Shown here: positions 34,698 through 45,456 of the stretch, in pieces
Position numbering within the stretch: the first letter of the stretch is position 1
How the letters are laid out: each line of letters begins with the position of its first letter
Assembly (NCBI GenBank): GCA_018663505.1
Contig: JABJQG010000003.1
Span: 100,883-164,882 of the forward strand
Length of the DNA: 64,000 nucleotides
Direction of reading: 5' to 3'
From: Pseudobdellovibrionaceae bacterium
GTDB taxonomy: Bacteria > Bdellovibrionota > Bdellovibrionia > Bdellovibrionales > UBA1609
Notes under the pieces: generated by a model
What the model was told of the DNA's origin: nothing
Seen by the model: only the letters and a program-made list of their open reading frames with translations
Databases searched by the model: none
Translations under genes and position numbers: made by a program

Positions 34698-35360
34698 ATG
34701 GGAATTTTTGGTTTTATTAAATCATCCATTGGGCAAAAATATGTTGTGGCAACCACGGGGCTTTTGTTTGCTCTGTTTGTTCTCTCTCATGTTTTAGGAA
34801 ATTTTTTAATCTTTGTGGGACCTGAAGCCTACAATATGTATAGTTACAAATTGATTTCGAATCCATTTATCATTGTGGCTGAGATTGGTCTTGTGGTTTT
34901 ATTTGTGGTTCATTTGGCAGTTGCCATTAAGCTCACAGCTAGCAATATGGTGGCTCGCCCAGATAAATATGCACTGCAAGCTAAGGGAAAAAAGAAAACA
35001 GATCCTGTTACAAAAGCAATGTGGATACAAGGCGCTGTGATTTTTATTTTTATGGTTTCACATTTAATCACTTTTAAATATGGAACATATTATACAGCTG
35101 AATATGATGGTTTAGTAGTTAGAGACTTATATAAACTTATGGTGGAAGTTTTTGCTTCACCACTATTCGTGGTTGGTTATGTGCTTTGTATGGTGATGTT
35201 GGGGTTACATTTATCTCACGGAATTCAATCGGCTTTAAAAACTTTTGGATTTAATCACCCTCAGTATGAAGCGAAAGTTCGAACTGTTGGACTAGGTGTA
35301 GCACTTATTGTTTCATTAGGATTTATCGCCCAACCTGTTTACATATTCTTCTTTCAATAA
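34698..35360 (+). CDS. sdhC: Succinate dehydrogenase/fumarate reductase cytochrome b subunit (b558 type)
   Basis: Five TM helices with His ligands (HVLGN, HL, HLSHG). Confidence 0.9.
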   Translation: MGIFGFIKSSIGQKYVVATTGLLFALFVLSHVLGNFLIFVGPEAYNMYSYKLISNPFIIVAEIGLVVLFVVHLAVAIKLTASNMVARPDKYALQAKGKKKTDPVTKAMWIQGAVIFIFMVSHLITFKYGTYYTAEYDGLVVRDLYKLMVEVFASPLFVVGYVLCMVMLGLHLSHGIQSALKTFGFNHPQYEAKVRTVGLGVALIVSLGFIAQPVYIFFFQ

Positions 35361-35370
35361 AGGATTTAAA

Positions 35371-37296
35371 ATGAGCATCAAGCCAAATACAGAATTAAAA
35401 TCAAACGCGCCTTCTGGGGACTTACAAACAAAGTGGCAACGTCATCGTTTTGAGATGAAAAGAGTAAATCCAGCAAATAAAAGAAAATTTAATGTGATTG
35501 TTGTGGGAACGGGCTTAGCGGGTGGAGCCGCAGCAGCAACCTTAGGTGAACTTGGTTACAATGTAAAATCCTTTTGTGTTCAAGATTCTGCAAGAAGAGC
35601 ACATTCTATTGCTGCACAGGGTGGAATTAATGCTGCAAAAAATTACCCTAATGATGGTGATTCTGTTTACAATCTTTTTTATGATACAATCAAGGGCGGA
35701 GACTATCGCTCTCGAGAATCTAATGTTCATCGTTTAGCCGAAGTTTCTAATAATATTATTGATCAATGTGTTGCCCAGGGTGTTCCTTTTGCACGCGAAT
35801 ATGGTGGCCTTTTAGATAATCGTTCTTTTGGTGGGGCTCAGGTTTCCAGAACTTTTTATGCTCGAGGACAAACAGGACAACAACTTCTTTTAGGGGCTTA
35901 TTCTGCTCTTATGCGACAAGTAAACAAAGGTACAGTTAAAATGTATACTCGTTATGAGATGCTGGATCTTGTAACTGTAGACGGAGTGGCTCGAGGTATA
36001 ACCACTAGAAATTTAGTAAATGGCGAAGTTGAATCCTTTGCTGCTGATGCTGTTGTTTTAGCAACTGGTGGTTACGGAAATTTATTTTTTCTATCCACAA
36101 ATGCAATGGGTTCTAATGCCACAGCAGCTTGGCGCTGTCATAAAAAAGGAGCCTTCTTTGCAAACCCTTGTTACACACAAATTCACCCTACTTGTATTCC
36201 TGTTTCTGGAGACTATCAGTCAAAGCTAACTTTGATGTCTGAGTCTTTAAGAAATGATGGACGAGTTTGGGTCCCTAAGGAATCCAGCAAAGGCAAAAAC
36301 CCTGTGGATATTCCTGAATCAGAAAGGGATTACTATTTAGAAAGAATTTATCCTTCTTTTGGAAATCTAGTGCCTAGAGATGTGGCTTCTCGTCAGGCAA
36401 AATTTAGAGTTGATGAAAATAATGGTGTTGGCGCTACGGGTGTTGCTGTTTATTTAGATTTTAAAGAAGCTATTGGAAGATTAGGAAAAGATGCAGTGAG
36501 TGCTAAATATGGAAATTTATTTCAGATGTATGAAAAAATATCTGGCGAAAACCCATATGAAACACCTATGAAGATTTTCCCAGCTGTGCATTACACTATG
36601 GGTGGGTTATGGGTAGATTATAATTTACAATCTACCATTCCAGGACTTCATGTTTTAGGTGAAGCAAACTTTTCTGATCATGGAGCAAATCGATTGGGAG
36701 CATCTGCTTTAATGCAAGGGCTTGCAGACGGTTATTTTGTTATTCCTTACACATTAGGACATTATTTAGGCTCAACGGCTTTAGCGCCTGTTGATGAAAA
36801 TCATGACGCGTTTAAGGCCAGTGTAATGGCAGTGAAGGCTCAAGAGGAAAAGCTTTTTAATATTAAAGGTGAAAAAACTGTGGATGACTTTCACAGACAG
36901 CTTGGCAAGATCATGTGGGAAAATGTGGGAATGTCGAGATCGAAAGAAACTCTAACAAAAGCTATCGAAGAAATTCCAAAGCTTAAAGAAGAGTTCTGGC
37001 AAAATGTTAGAGTACCTGATGATCGAAATGTTAAAAACGCAGAAATTGAAAAAGCGGGAAGAGTGGCTGACTTTTTAGAACTAGGAGAGCTTATGGCTCG
37101 AGATGCTCTTGAAAGAGAAGAATCTTGTGGTGGTCACTTTAGAGAAGAACATCAAACACCAGAAAATGAAGCTAAACGTGATGATGAAAATTTTTGTCAT
37201 GTTGGTGCTTGGGAACATAACTCGGCTGGTTGGACTAGACATCAAGAAGAGTTAGAGTTTGAAAATGTTAAACTTGTAACACGGTCTTATAAATAA
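35371..37296 (+). CDS. sdhA: Succinate dehydrogenase/fumarate reductase flavoprotein
   Basis: [30 protein letters not shown]. Confidence 0.95.
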   Translation: MSIKPNTELKSNAPSGDLQTKWQRHRFEMKRVNPANKRKFNVIVVGTGLAGGAAAATLGELGYNVKSFCVQDSARRAHSIAAQGGINAAKNYPNDGDSVYNLFYDTIKGGDYRSRESNVHRLAEVSNNIIDQCVAQGVPFAREYGGLLDNRSFGGAQVSRTFYARGQTGQQLLLGAYSALMRQVNKGTVKMYTRYEMLDLVTVDGVARGITTRNLVNGEVESFAADAVVLATGGYGNLFFLSTNAMGSNATAAWRCHKKGAFFANPCYTQIHPTCIPVSGDYQSKLTLMSESLRNDGRVWVPKESSKGKNPVDIPESERDYYLERIYPSFGNLVPRDVASRQAKFRVDENNGVGATGVAVYLDFKEAIGRLGKDAVSAKYGNLFQMYEKISGENPYETPMKIFPAVHYTMGGLWVDYNLQSTIPGLHVLGEANFSDHGANRLGASALMQGLADGYFVIPYTLGHYLGSTALAPVDENHDAFKASVMAVKAQEEKLFNIKGEKTVDDFHRQLGKIMWENVGMSRSKETLTKAIEEIPKLKEEFWQNVRVPDDRNVKNAEIEKAGRVADFLELGELMARDALEREESCGGHFREEHQTPENEAKRDDENFCHVGAWEHNSAGWTRHQEELEFENVKLVTRSYK

Positions 37297-37309
37297 GAAG
37301 GACAATATA

Positions 37310-38080
37310 ATGGGAAATGATAATTCTACTGAAATGACAATTCATTTAAAAATTTGGAAACAAGATGGCCCAGGAAAAAAAGGCGAATTTATTAGCCATG
37401 AAGCTAAGGGCTTGTCTTCTGAAATGTCCTTTTTAGAAATGCTAGATGTGGTTAACGAGGATTTAGTAAGGTTAAATCAGCGTCCCATAGAATTTGATCA
37501 TGATTGCCGCGAGGGGATTTGTGGTACTTGTTCCATGGTAATTAATGGTGAAGCTCATGGCCCAGATAAAGAGATAACCACATGTCAGTTACATATGCGT
37601 AAATTTAAAGATGGAGATACAATTACTGTAGAGCCATTTAGAGCGAAAGCTTTTCCAATTATTCGTGATTTAGTTGTGGATAGATCTAGTTTTGATCGTG
37701 TTATTGAATCTGGTGGTTATGTATCTGTAAATACAGGTGGAGCGCAAGATGCCAATAGCCTTCCGATTAATAAACCAGATTCTGATTTAGCTTTTGAAGC
37801 AGCCACATGTATTGGTTGTGGGGCTTGTGTGGCTTCATGCAAAAATGCATCTGCAAGTTTATTTGTATCTGCAAAACTGGCCCATTTATCTTTTCTACCA
37901 CAAGGTAAAATCGAACAAGATGCTCGTACTTTGGCTATGGTTCGTCAAATGGACACTGAAGGTTTTGGAGCATGTACTAATACTGAAGCCTGTGAGGCAG
38001 CATGTCCTAAGGGTATTAGCGTTGAAAATATCTCTAGAATGAATCGTCAATTTTTAAAGGCATCTATAAAAGAACGATAA
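37310..38080 (+). CDS. sdhB: Succinate dehydrogenase/fumarate reductase Fe-S subunit
   Basis: [28 protein letters not shown]. Confidence 0.95.
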   Translation: MGNDNSTEMTIHLKIWKQDGPGKKGEFISHEAKGLSSEMSFLEMLDVVNEDLVRLNQRPIEFDHDCREGICGTCSMVINGEAHGPDKEITTCQLHMRKFKDGDTITVEPFRAKAFPIIRDLVVDRSSFDRVIESGGYVSVNTGGAQDANSLPINKPDSDLAFEAATCIGCGACVASCKNASASLFVSAKLAHLSFLPQGKIEQDARTLAMVRQMDTEGFGACTNTEACEAACPKGISVENISRMNRQFLKASIKER

Positions 38081-38172
38081 TTTATGTTTATTTACATAAA
38101 AAAATGATTAATTCTATGTAAATATACATAATGGTTTATAGTTCTAAAGGAACTAATTCCTCATTTGATGTA

Positions 38173-38985
38173 TTAGTAAAGCTCATTTCCAAGGTAGTGT
38201 GTAGAACCCTTCTCTGATGATGTTGTAAAACAAGTGCCGGTGTATTTAGCCACAATTCTAGGGGTGAAAGATGTGTTTGCTTGTACAGAATGTATTGGAA
38301 TTTGAGTGAGCGTTGTGTCTGCAGCGGAAAGTAGAAGACCATAATGTGTTGGGCTTGTTTGAGTGACTACGGTTTTAAAGTAATCTGTAATATTAAAGCA
38401 TATTGTGTCACTATCACAAACTTCTGTGGTTTCCATACCAGCGGTTTTATTAAGTAGGTTAATGTTAGAATTAATGTCTCCACCCTGGGATGTCCATAAG
38501 CCCTCATTAGAAAAAGGGTGTGCATAATCCCAACTGACAGTGTGCCACCAAGGTTTATTTAAAGAATCTAAATTAATTAGGTCTGTGTTGGGTGTAGACC
38601 CATCGGTAGTATTTAGTTTTAGAATGGCCCAATCTAAATTATCGGGGTTACTTTTTATTTCATCCACACATGTGCCAACAATATTAAGTAATGAGGTCAC
38701 TATGGCTACAGGTAGAAAAAAAACATTACACGGATAGGTGGTCAAACAATCGCCCATATTGGTATCTTGATCTCTTGAACCTGTTGGAAATTTTAATATA
38801 ATCCGCTCTTCAGATGTGGCCGTTTTTGAAATTTTTAAAACGGTGCTTAAAGAATGGTTATCTGAATTACTTGAGCTAATATAAGAGTCAGTCTCTAAGT
38901 AGATAGTTTCTGTTACAGAGATGTTTCCATCACAGCCCAATCCTAAGAACGAGAGAATAAAAACTAAGAGAGGATTTTTTTTCAT
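38173..38985 (-). CDS. Lipoprotein with DNRLRE/CBM96-like beta-sandwich
   Basis: Start moved to MKKNPLL; lipobox LGC; D-S-Y-I...RIILKF, WTSQGGD, FNIT, HYGLLL, PRIV pattern. Confidence 0.6.
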   Translation of the reverse strand: MKKNPLLVFILSFLGLGCDGNISVTETIYLETDSYISSSNSDNHSLSTVLKISKTATSEERIILKFPTGSRDQDTNMGDCLTTYPCNVFFLPVAIVTSLLNIVGTCVDEIKSNPDNLDWAILKLNTTDGSTPNTDLINLDSLNKPWWHTVSWDYAHPFSNEGLWTSQGGDINSNINLLNKTAGMETTEVCDSDTICFNITDYFKTVVTQTSPTHYGLLLSAADTTLTQIPIHSVQANTSFTPRIVAKYTGTCFTTSSEKGSTHYLGNELY

Positions 38986-38986
38986 A

Positions 38987-39814
38987 TTAAAATCTCCATG
39001 TGAGGTTAGCAAATGCAGCTTCTTTTGCCAGCAAATAATCTCTGGAAAAATGGGGAGCTTGGTACATAAAAGCGGTTTCATCACTGATATTATCTAGCTT
39101 TTGATAAGTAATCCAAAGAGTCATTTTGGGAAGAGGTATACCCACGGAAAGCTTTGCTATACCCACTGAAAGACTGTTGTAGCCATAGCCAAAATCATCA
39201 GATGCAATGGCTGTTCTACCCAGTTGGTATAAGGTGTATTCGCCTTTCAGTTTGAGAATATATACATCCACTAATATATAAGGTGAAAGAATGTAGTCGG
39301 AGTCATGATCAATTTTGGTAGTTTTACTTTCAAAACTAGCTAATGTGGTTTCAGTAATTTCTTTAAAACGAAAATTGGTACCAATTAAAAAGGGGCCTAA
39401 TTGGTACTCACCATTCGCAAATAGTGAATAGGCTACATAGGAAAATTGAGAGTCCTTATAGGGTTCAGTTTTTATAACATTATTTAATGTAATCCCTAGT
39501 CCTGCAGTGAACTCGAGGTTGGGGGAGAGTTTGAACTTTCCGCCGTAATCGAAGTTAATAAAAGGTAAGCCCACACTCATAAAATCAAGCTGTACTTGCC
39601 AATAAGAGGTTGGGACATCTTTTTTTATGTTTAAAGTGATTAAGGGTGGCAGTAGATGACTAGATTCAAAACCATAAGGAGGGCGTTCAAATTCTTTTAA
39701 TGAAAAACCTTTTTGCAAAGATAAGGTATACTGTGAGCTTTTTGTCTCAGACAGAGCCGGTAAACTGAAGAATATAAAAGTTAATAATAGTATAAGTGTA
39801 GAGTTCATAAACAA
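38987..39814 (-). CDS. Putative outer-membrane beta-barrel protein
   Basis: Signal peptide, alternating aromatic strands, C-terminal ANLTWRF beta-signal. Confidence 0.6.
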   Translation of the reverse strand: MFMNSTLILLLTFIFFSLPALSETKSSQYTLSLQKGFSLKEFERPPYGFESSHLLPPLITLNIKKDVPTSYWQVQLDFMSVGLPFINFDYGGKFKLSPNLEFTAGLGITLNNVIKTEPYKDSQFSYVAYSLFANGEYQLGPFLIGTNFRFKEITETTLASFESKTTKIDHDSDYILSPYILVDVYILKLKGEYTLYQLGRTAIASDDFGYGYNSLSVGIAKLSVGIPLPKMTLWITYQKLDNISDETAFMYQAPHFSRDYLLAKEAAFANLTWRF

Positions 39815-39892
39815 AAAATCCTAAATTAAATTATAATTTAACCATTCACAAACAAATAGCTGTCTAAATTACAGCATCATCTAAGATTCTCT

Positions 39893-39919
39893 TCAATGAT
39901 TTCATAAACATTCCGACAA
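39893..39919 (+). promoter_or_regulatory. Putative sigma28 (FliA) promoter
   Basis: TCAA-N15-TCCGACAA, 25 bp upstream of the 39945 ORF. Confidence 0.45.
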
Positions 39920-39944
39920 CATTAAACCAGGTAAAGGATATGTT

Positions 39945-40199
39945 GTGAAAAAAATTGAAGATATTTTTAAAGAGTTAGGATTTGATGCCAATGGTCCAAC
40001 CGGTGCGCAAAAAGCTTTTGTTAGGTCTCTCATAAAATTATCTAATGAGCAGTCTCCAAGAACAAATAAGTTTCAAGAAAAGGCTAATGTGTTAAAATTT
40101 AATGAAAATCATAATACTGGAAAACAGAAAGACTATAAACAGTTAGCCTTTGATCTAGAAACAGCTCATCCATTGAGTAAATCCAGGACTGGTTCTTAA
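39945..40199 (+). CDS. Small hypothetical protein
   Basis: AAGGA RBS, GTG start, 84 aa, QLAFDL near the C-terminus. Confidence 0.7.
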   Translation: MKKIEDIFKELGFDANGPTGAQKAFVRSLIKLSNEQSPRTNKFQEKANVLKFNENHNTGKQKDYKQLAFDLETAHPLSKSRTGS

Positions 40200-40318
40200 G
40201 TCTAAAATTTACGCAGCTTATTTTATAATCATTAGAAATTCGTTAGATCGTTGATACGATTTGGGACTAAAGAAAAATTGTCATGGAATGGCAGCTTTGT
40301 TTCAACATTGGAGGATCA

Positions 40319-41932
40319 ATGAAACGAATTTCAATAAAAAAAATATGTGTGTCTTTGATAGCGATAGGGCTTACACAATATACATTTGCAAATGTTGAGC
40401 AGTTTGAAGCGGTACCTGGCGAATATGTAGTAAAATTAAAAAATGATGTTAAATCTTTAACAGATTTAAATTTGGAAAAGTTTGCAACTCAGGGTGTGCG
40501 AGTGATTTCTGAGGAAAATAATACAATATTAGTAAAAAGAGAGTTTTTAGAAAAGACACAGTTTGCTCTTACGGCTTTAAATAACCAGCCTGAAATTGAG
40601 TATGCAGAACCAAACTATATATATAGAACAAATCGTTTACCGGATGATCCTGAACTTAGTAAGCTTTGGGGTTTAGTAAACAAAGGAAATGCATTAGCAG
40701 GTGTAGATATTGGAGCAGAACAAGCTTGGGACATTCAAACAGGTTCTAAGAAAGTCATTGTTGCTGTCATCGACACGGGTGTTGATTATACACTTTCTGA
40801 TTTAAGTCCTAATATGTGGACTAATGATGCTGAACTAAACGGTGAAGCGGGCAAAGATGATGACGGTAATGGTTATATAGATGATGTGTACGGTTACGAT
40901 TTTGCAAATACAGATTCTGATCCAATTGATGATCATGGTCATGGATCTCATTGTTCAGGTACTATTGGTGCAAAGGGTAATGACGGAAAAGGCCTTGTTG
41001 GTGTTGCATGGAATGTAAGAATCATGGCTCTAAAGTTTCTAACTAAATCTGGCAGCGGATCTTTAGAAGGTGCTTTAAAATCCATTGATTATGCATCTAA
41101 AATGGGTGCAAATATAATGTCTAACTCTTGGGGCGGTGGTAGTCATTCTCAGGCACTTGAAGATGCTATTAAAAGAGCAAGTGATGCTGGAGCACTATTT
41201 GTGGCAGCAGCAGGGAATCATTCTGGTGATAACGATGCAAAGCCAACTTACCCCGCAACCTATGACGTAGAAAATGTAGTATCAGTAGCCGCTATTGATA
41301 ATAATGGTCGTCTTGCTGGGTTTTCTTGTTATGGGCAAAAAACAGTTGATGTAGCAGCACCTGGTGTTGGCATTTTAAGTTCTACTCCTGGTGGATATAA
41401 ATCTTGGTCAGGTACTTCTATGGCAACTCCTCACGTTTCGGGTATTGCAGCCTTGTTACTTTCAGAGTTTCCTGAAATGACTCATAAAGAAATCAAAGAA
41501 AGACTCATCGCCACAGCAAAGCCGCTTTCACAGTTAAGAGTCAAAACTGTAGCTGGTGGTGTTGCAAATGCTTATTATGCTTTACTTAATGAGCCTGCAC
41601 CTAAAGATCCAAACGACCCTTACTATTGGGCTTCCAAAGAGTATAAATTAGAAACGGCTCATCCATATCTTGGTAGTACATCTAAACAGTGGGTTATAGA
41701 GCTTGATAGTGTTTCAGCAATGGCTTTACATTTTAAGCGTTTCGACACAGAAAAAAGTTATGATAAAGTAACTTTCAAAGATGCCGACGGTAATATTTTA
41801 GGAATCATGAGTGGTGTGAATGATGACAGCTTTTCTCCTGTAGTTACGGGTGGAAAAATGATTATTCAATTTGATTCAGATAAAAGTGTAAATAAGTTTG
41901 GCTTTGAAATTGATGCTATTTCTTATAGGTAA
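40319..41932 (+). CDS. Secreted subtilisin-like S8 serine protease with C-terminal CUB-like domain
   Basis: VIDTG, HGSHCSG and SGTSMATPH catalytic triad; GGAGG RBS; FDTEKSYD...FDSDKSVNKFGF CUB pattern. Confidence 0.93.
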   Translation: MKRISIKKICVSLIAIGLTQYTFANVEQFEAVPGEYVVKLKNDVKSLTDLNLEKFATQGVRVISEENNTILVKREFLEKTQFALTALNNQPEIEYAEPNYIYRTNRLPDDPELSKLWGLVNKGNALAGVDIGAEQAWDIQTGSKKVIVAVIDTGVDYTLSDLSPNMWTNDAELNGEAGKDDDGNGYIDDVYGYDFANTDSDPIDDHGHGSHCSGTIGAKGNDGKGLVGVAWNVRIMALKFLTKSGSGSLEGALKSIDYASKMGANIMSNSWGGGSHSQALEDAIKRASDAGALFVAAAGNHSGDNDAKPTYPATYDVENVVSVAAIDNNGRLAGFSCYGQKTVDVAAPGVGILSSTPGGYKSWSGTSMATPHVSGIAALLLSEFPEMTHKEIKERLIATAKPLSQLRVKTVAGGVANAYYALLNEPAPKDPNDPYYWASKEYKLETAHPYLGSTSKQWVIELDSVSAMALHFKRFDTEKSYDKVTFKDADGNILGIMSGVNDDSFSPVVTGGKMIIQFDSDKSVNKFGFEIDAISYR

Positions 41933-41953
41933 TTAGTAGAAATCAAAAAGTTT

Positions 41954-41983
41954 AAAAAAGGTCGGTTTAACACCGGCCTTTTT
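41954..41983 (+). terminator. Intrinsic terminator
   Basis: AAAAAAGGTCGGT-loop-ACCGGCCTTTTT. Confidence 0.85.
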
Positions 41984-42015
41984 CGATTGGATTTATTCAC
42001 TTCGATTGAGTGCTG

Positions 42016-42213
42016 AACATCCTGATAATCGAGGCTGGTCGCCTCGAGCTCCACTATCAAATGGCATCGTGCCATTAGATCTCATAAAAATTTAGTATCT
42101 GAGGTGCACTGAAAGTGTTTTTATATTAGATTCCCCCACACGACGTGGGGGAATTGGTGGGTTCGGGCTGCCTTTAGGCCCGATCTCCCATGGATGGAGA
42201 AAGTTCTATGGGA
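42016..42213. repeat. Cluster of GC-rich hairpins (REP/MITE-like element or sRNA)
   Basis: At least five short inverted repeats; the 16-mer ATCTCCCATGGATGGA also occurs at 62340-62355. Confidence 0.5.
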
Positions 42214-42252
42214 TGTAAATTTGGCAGATTATAATTAAATAAAAATAAAATC

Positions 42253-43182
42253 TTAAATTTCCTTAGAAACCTCATCCTTAGGAGCTCTCTTAACTCTTGG
42301 TTTTTTGACCTTATGAGTTTGAATAAATTTTTCAATTTTTAAATTTACATAATCTGGAAGGTCAAGCTGAGTACAATGTGAACCCATTGGAATCATAGAG
42401 AGCTCGCTATCTTTAATACTTCGGTGCAATTCCTCTTGATAAGAAACAGGGGTGACCCCATCATTTTTTCCACCAATGATTAAGGTGGGAACATTGATGC
42501 GTTTTAATACTTGGTGTCCATCGTACTCCATCATTTGTTCGAATAAAGCTAAGAAAGATTGTAAATCTAAATTTGCAATTCCTTTGATATAGATTTCAAT
42601 ATCTTTTATGGAAGTCAGAGACAGATTAAATCCACCAGCAAGAGCACTTAATGGTATGGCCAGAGGGTTTTGAACAGAAAATTTCCATAAGTAAGTGAGT
42701 GTTTCAGGTAGCAGATCGTAACCTCGATTGAAAAAGTTAAACACTTTTGCAGGAACATCACCACCGAACATGCCTTTAATTGGGTTAGAAATAAAACCGT
42801 TTATAAAGATCAGGTGTGAAAAAATTTCTGGATAGAGATCAAAAGTTTTTACCATAATTTGCCCACCAAAACTATGTGAGCAAAAAATCGCTTTTTTGAT
42901 TTTTAGATGCTCTGTAAGGCCCTTGATGTCTTTTGCTAGAGATTCCATATCAAGATTCTCATGATCTTCTGGAACATCTGATTGGTGGTGCGCTCGGTAG
43001 TCAAAGACTATAGTTTTGTAACCATTTTCAGAAAAATATTTTATTTGATGGCGCCAATGGTTAAATAAGCAACCTATGCCATAACAAAATATAATTGGGG
43101 TGCCCTTGCCACGAACTTCGTAATAAATTTTTGTTCCGTCAAAGCTTTTAAAATGTCCGGTTTCTTTTTTAACTTTTATCAT
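42253..43182 (-). CDS. Alpha/beta-fold hydrolase
   Basis: SFDGTKIYY, FDYRAH, SHSFGG nucleophile elbow, D and H (GSH) triad. Confidence 0.9.
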   Translation of the reverse strand: MIKVKKETGHFKSFDGTKIYYEVRGKGTPIIFCYGIGCLFNHWRHQIKYFSENGYKTIVFDYRAHHQSDVPEDHENLDMESLAKDIKGLTEHLKIKKAIFCSHSFGGQIMVKTFDLYPEIFSHLIFINGFISNPIKGMFGGDVPAKVFNFFNRGYDLLPETLTYLWKFSVQNPLAIPLSALAGGFNLSLTSIKDIEIYIKGIANLDLQSFLALFEQMMEYDGHQVLKRINVPTLIIGGKNDGVTPVSYQEELHRSIKDSELSMIPMGSHCTQLDLPDYVNLKIEKFIQTHKVKKPRVKRAPKDEVSKEI

Positions 43183-43937
43183 AGTTCTACTTTTATTTGA
43201 GTTTCTAAAATTTGGATAATATCTCCGTTACAAAGGGTATCGGATAAAATAGACTTTCCATTTAGTAACACAACTTTTGGATGAGGCGTATTAAAAACTA
43301 TACCTTGCTCATTTTGTAAGACTTGAAAACAGAGGCCTGGAGCGCCTTTTTCGTAGATGGGGTACTCTAGACTTTCAGCCCCAATGGTTTTAGGTCCATA
43401 ATTAATGTTCCACTGAGTTTCTGCCTGCAGGCCTCGTTCAAATTTAAGAGTGAGATCTTTTTTAAAAGTTTTAAGAGATGAATTATGTTTATCCTCTGCT
43501 TTTTCAATTAAGGACTCCAGTAATTGAGAGTACTCCTCTTGCCAAGTGAGTTGCTTAGGTGTGGAGCTAGGTATTGGAGTGTTATGGGATAAGGGAGAGT
43601 CAGTGCTTATGTGCGGAGTTATTTTTTCTAATTGGGGCTTTTCTAAAGGTTCATCTTGAATCTCAATAACCTTAAGGGTGTTTTCTCCTATTATAAATTC
43701 TAGGCCCAATTGAAGTTGAAGAGATTGGTGCGTCTTAGCTTCTGACTTGATACCGTTTCGTGAACCCAGGTCAGTTATGTAAAATTTTCCATTTTTAAGT
43801 TGAATTTGCGCATGCTTAGATGAGGTCTTAGAGTCGGGAAATATTATATCTGTGCCTTTTCGCCCTAGCGTAAGCCGGTTTTTAACTGGAAATTGGCGTC
43901 CTTTAAGGGGACCTCGGATAATTGTTAGATATAGCAT
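43179..43937 (-). CDS. FHA-domain protein with a degenerate second FHA-like domain
   Basis: LGR...SSKHA...DLGSRNG FHA motif. Confidence 0.85.
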   Translation of the reverse strand: MLYLTIIRGPLKGRQFPVKNRLTLGRKGTDIIFPDSKTSSKHAQIQLKNGKFYITDLGSRNGIKSEAKTHQSLQLQLGLEFIIGENTLKVIEIQDEPLEKPQLEKITPHISTDSPLSHNTPIPSSTPKQLTWQEEYSQLLESLIEKAEDKHNSSLKTFKKDLTLKFERGLQAETQWNINYGPKTIGAESLEYPIYEKGAPGLCFQVLQNEQGIVFNTPHPKVVLLNGKSILSDTLCNGDIIQILETQIKVEL

Positions 43938-44031
43938 GGGTTATAGAATAGCTTGGATTGATTAAAAAATGGATAATTTCCTTGAAAATCCAGGCTTTTT
44001 TATGTTAAAAGTCTTGGGTTACTTATATCAA

Positions 44032-44074
44032 TCCTTGTTCATTTGGCTTATCAAATGGGCTAAAACCGGAAGGA
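44032..44074 (+). ncRNA. S6:S18 (rpsF) ribosomal protein leader
   Basis: TCCTT-GTTC-[ATTTG..CAAAT]-GGGC-TAAAA-CCG-G-AAGGA: the outer stem sequesters the SD and there is an unpaired CCG, matching the described motif. Confidence 0.7.
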
Positions 44075-44078
44075 AACC

Positions 44079-44510
44079 ATGGAAAAAGTGAATAACTACG
44101 AAGCCATTATTATCTTAAACCCTAATACTACAGAAGAAGTTCAAAAAGCCTTTTTTAAGAAAAACCAAGCGACAATTGCTTCATTTTCTGGAGAAGTTAA
44201 TCATCTAGATGTTTGGGGGCAAAGACCTTTGGCTAACCCTGTGGATAAAATTTCTAGAGGAATTTATTTCCATACAACCTTTAATGCTGGGCCTGACTGT
44301 ATTTCTGAATTGGAAAGACAGTTTAATATTAGTGAAGATGTGATCCACTATATGCACACACGTTTAGATAACCGTGTGACTTTGTCTAAGCATGTAGAAA
44401 ATTTTAAAGAGGTTTTAAAAGAGTCAAATAAGCGTATTGAAGAGAGAGAGCAAAAAGCTCAAGCTCGTCGAGCAGCTAAAAAACCAAGAAGACCAACTAC
44501 GAGATCATAA
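44079..44510 (+). CDS. rpsF: 30S ribosomal protein S6
   Basis: YEAIIILNP, WGQRPLA, GIY, ELERQFNISEDVI. Confidence 0.93.
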   Translation: MEKVNNYEAIIILNPNTTEEVQKAFFKKNQATIASFSGEVNHLDVWGQRPLANPVDKISRGIYFHTTFNAGPDCISELERQFNISEDVIHYMHTRLDNRVTLSKHVENFKEVLKESNKRIEEREQKAQARRAAKKPRRPTTRS

Positions 44511-44538
44511 TTTCTAACATTATTGTTTTGGAGAATAA

Positions 44539-45429
44539 ATGGAGCGATATAAAAACACCGCTCTGATTTTGCTAACCCTTGCTCTTACCGGTATAACAGT
44601 TATTTTGGGAGCTATACCATTGAGAGCATTGAGGCAGAATTTGGGCAGTATTTCATATTGGATCACGTCAACTGTTATTGTATTAGCTTTGTTTGCTCTA
44701 CAGATGTATGGCCTTGCTATTGGGTTACTTAGCTTGGTTTTAATTGTGGGAGTATTTACGGATCTTCATGAGTCAGGGCACAGTATCTTGAGTGCATCAG
44801 CCACAGCAGTATCTGTAACATTTTTTCTATTTATAGGTGGATTTTTGATTTCTCAGGCTACAGGCGGTTTTATGTGGCGCCCTTATGTCCAGGAAAATGT
44901 ACAGAAATACTTAGAACTTACTCAGATGTTACCAGAAAAAGACCCAGAGATGTTTGTATCTGCTATGGTTATTCAAACGCCATCAGTAATTTATATGATA
45001 ATGAGCCTGTCTTTGTTCTTTTCTTTGATTTTTGAAAAAAGAATTTCATCATGGGTAAAAAAATCGTCAGATGCAAAATTATTGAAATCATTAAATAATT
45101 TTAAACTTCCCAGTGTTTTTATATGGGTGGGGATATTTACAGTTTTAGGTAGTTTTTTTCACTGGCCTCAAGGGGCTAGCTTCGACTTAGTTAAAACGGC
45201 GAGTCTAAATACCTTAAATGTCTTTGTTTTATTATACTTTTTTCAAGGCTTGGCTATTATCAGTTGTTTTTTTCATGTTTTCAAAATAAGTTTATTTTGG
45301 CGAATTTTTTGGCTGATTTTAGTTGTCACACAGCTTTTTGTGGCTGTTGCATTTATAGGGTTTATTGATTTTTGGCTTAATTTCAGATTTAAAATTGTAC
45401 AAAGAGCTAAGAAGATTAAAAGTATTTAA
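44539..45429 (+). CDS. DUF2232/YybS-family membrane protein
   Basis: Multi-TM; YFFQGLAII and GFIDFWLNFR; usual position before rplI. Confidence 0.85.
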   Translation: MERYKNTALILLTLALTGITVILGAIPLRALRQNLGSISYWITSTVIVLALFALQMYGLAIGLLSLVLIVGVFTDLHESGHSILSASATAVSVTFFLFIGGFLISQATGGFMWRPYVQENVQKYLELTQMLPEKDPEMFVSAMVIQTPSVIYMIMSLSLFFSLIFEKRISSWVKKSSDAKLLKSLNNFKLPSVFIWVGIFTVLGSFFHWPQGASFDLVKTASLNTLNVFVLLYFFQGLAIISCFFHVFKISLFWRIFWLILVVTQLFVAVAFIGFIDFWLNFRFKIVQRAKKIKSI

Positions 45430-45456
45430 ATATTTAATAGGATTGAGGAGATCATA

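Noticed and set aside
44240-44248. Perfect DnaA box inside rpsF
   Set aside because: Isolated, coding and 30 kb from oriC; compatible with chance
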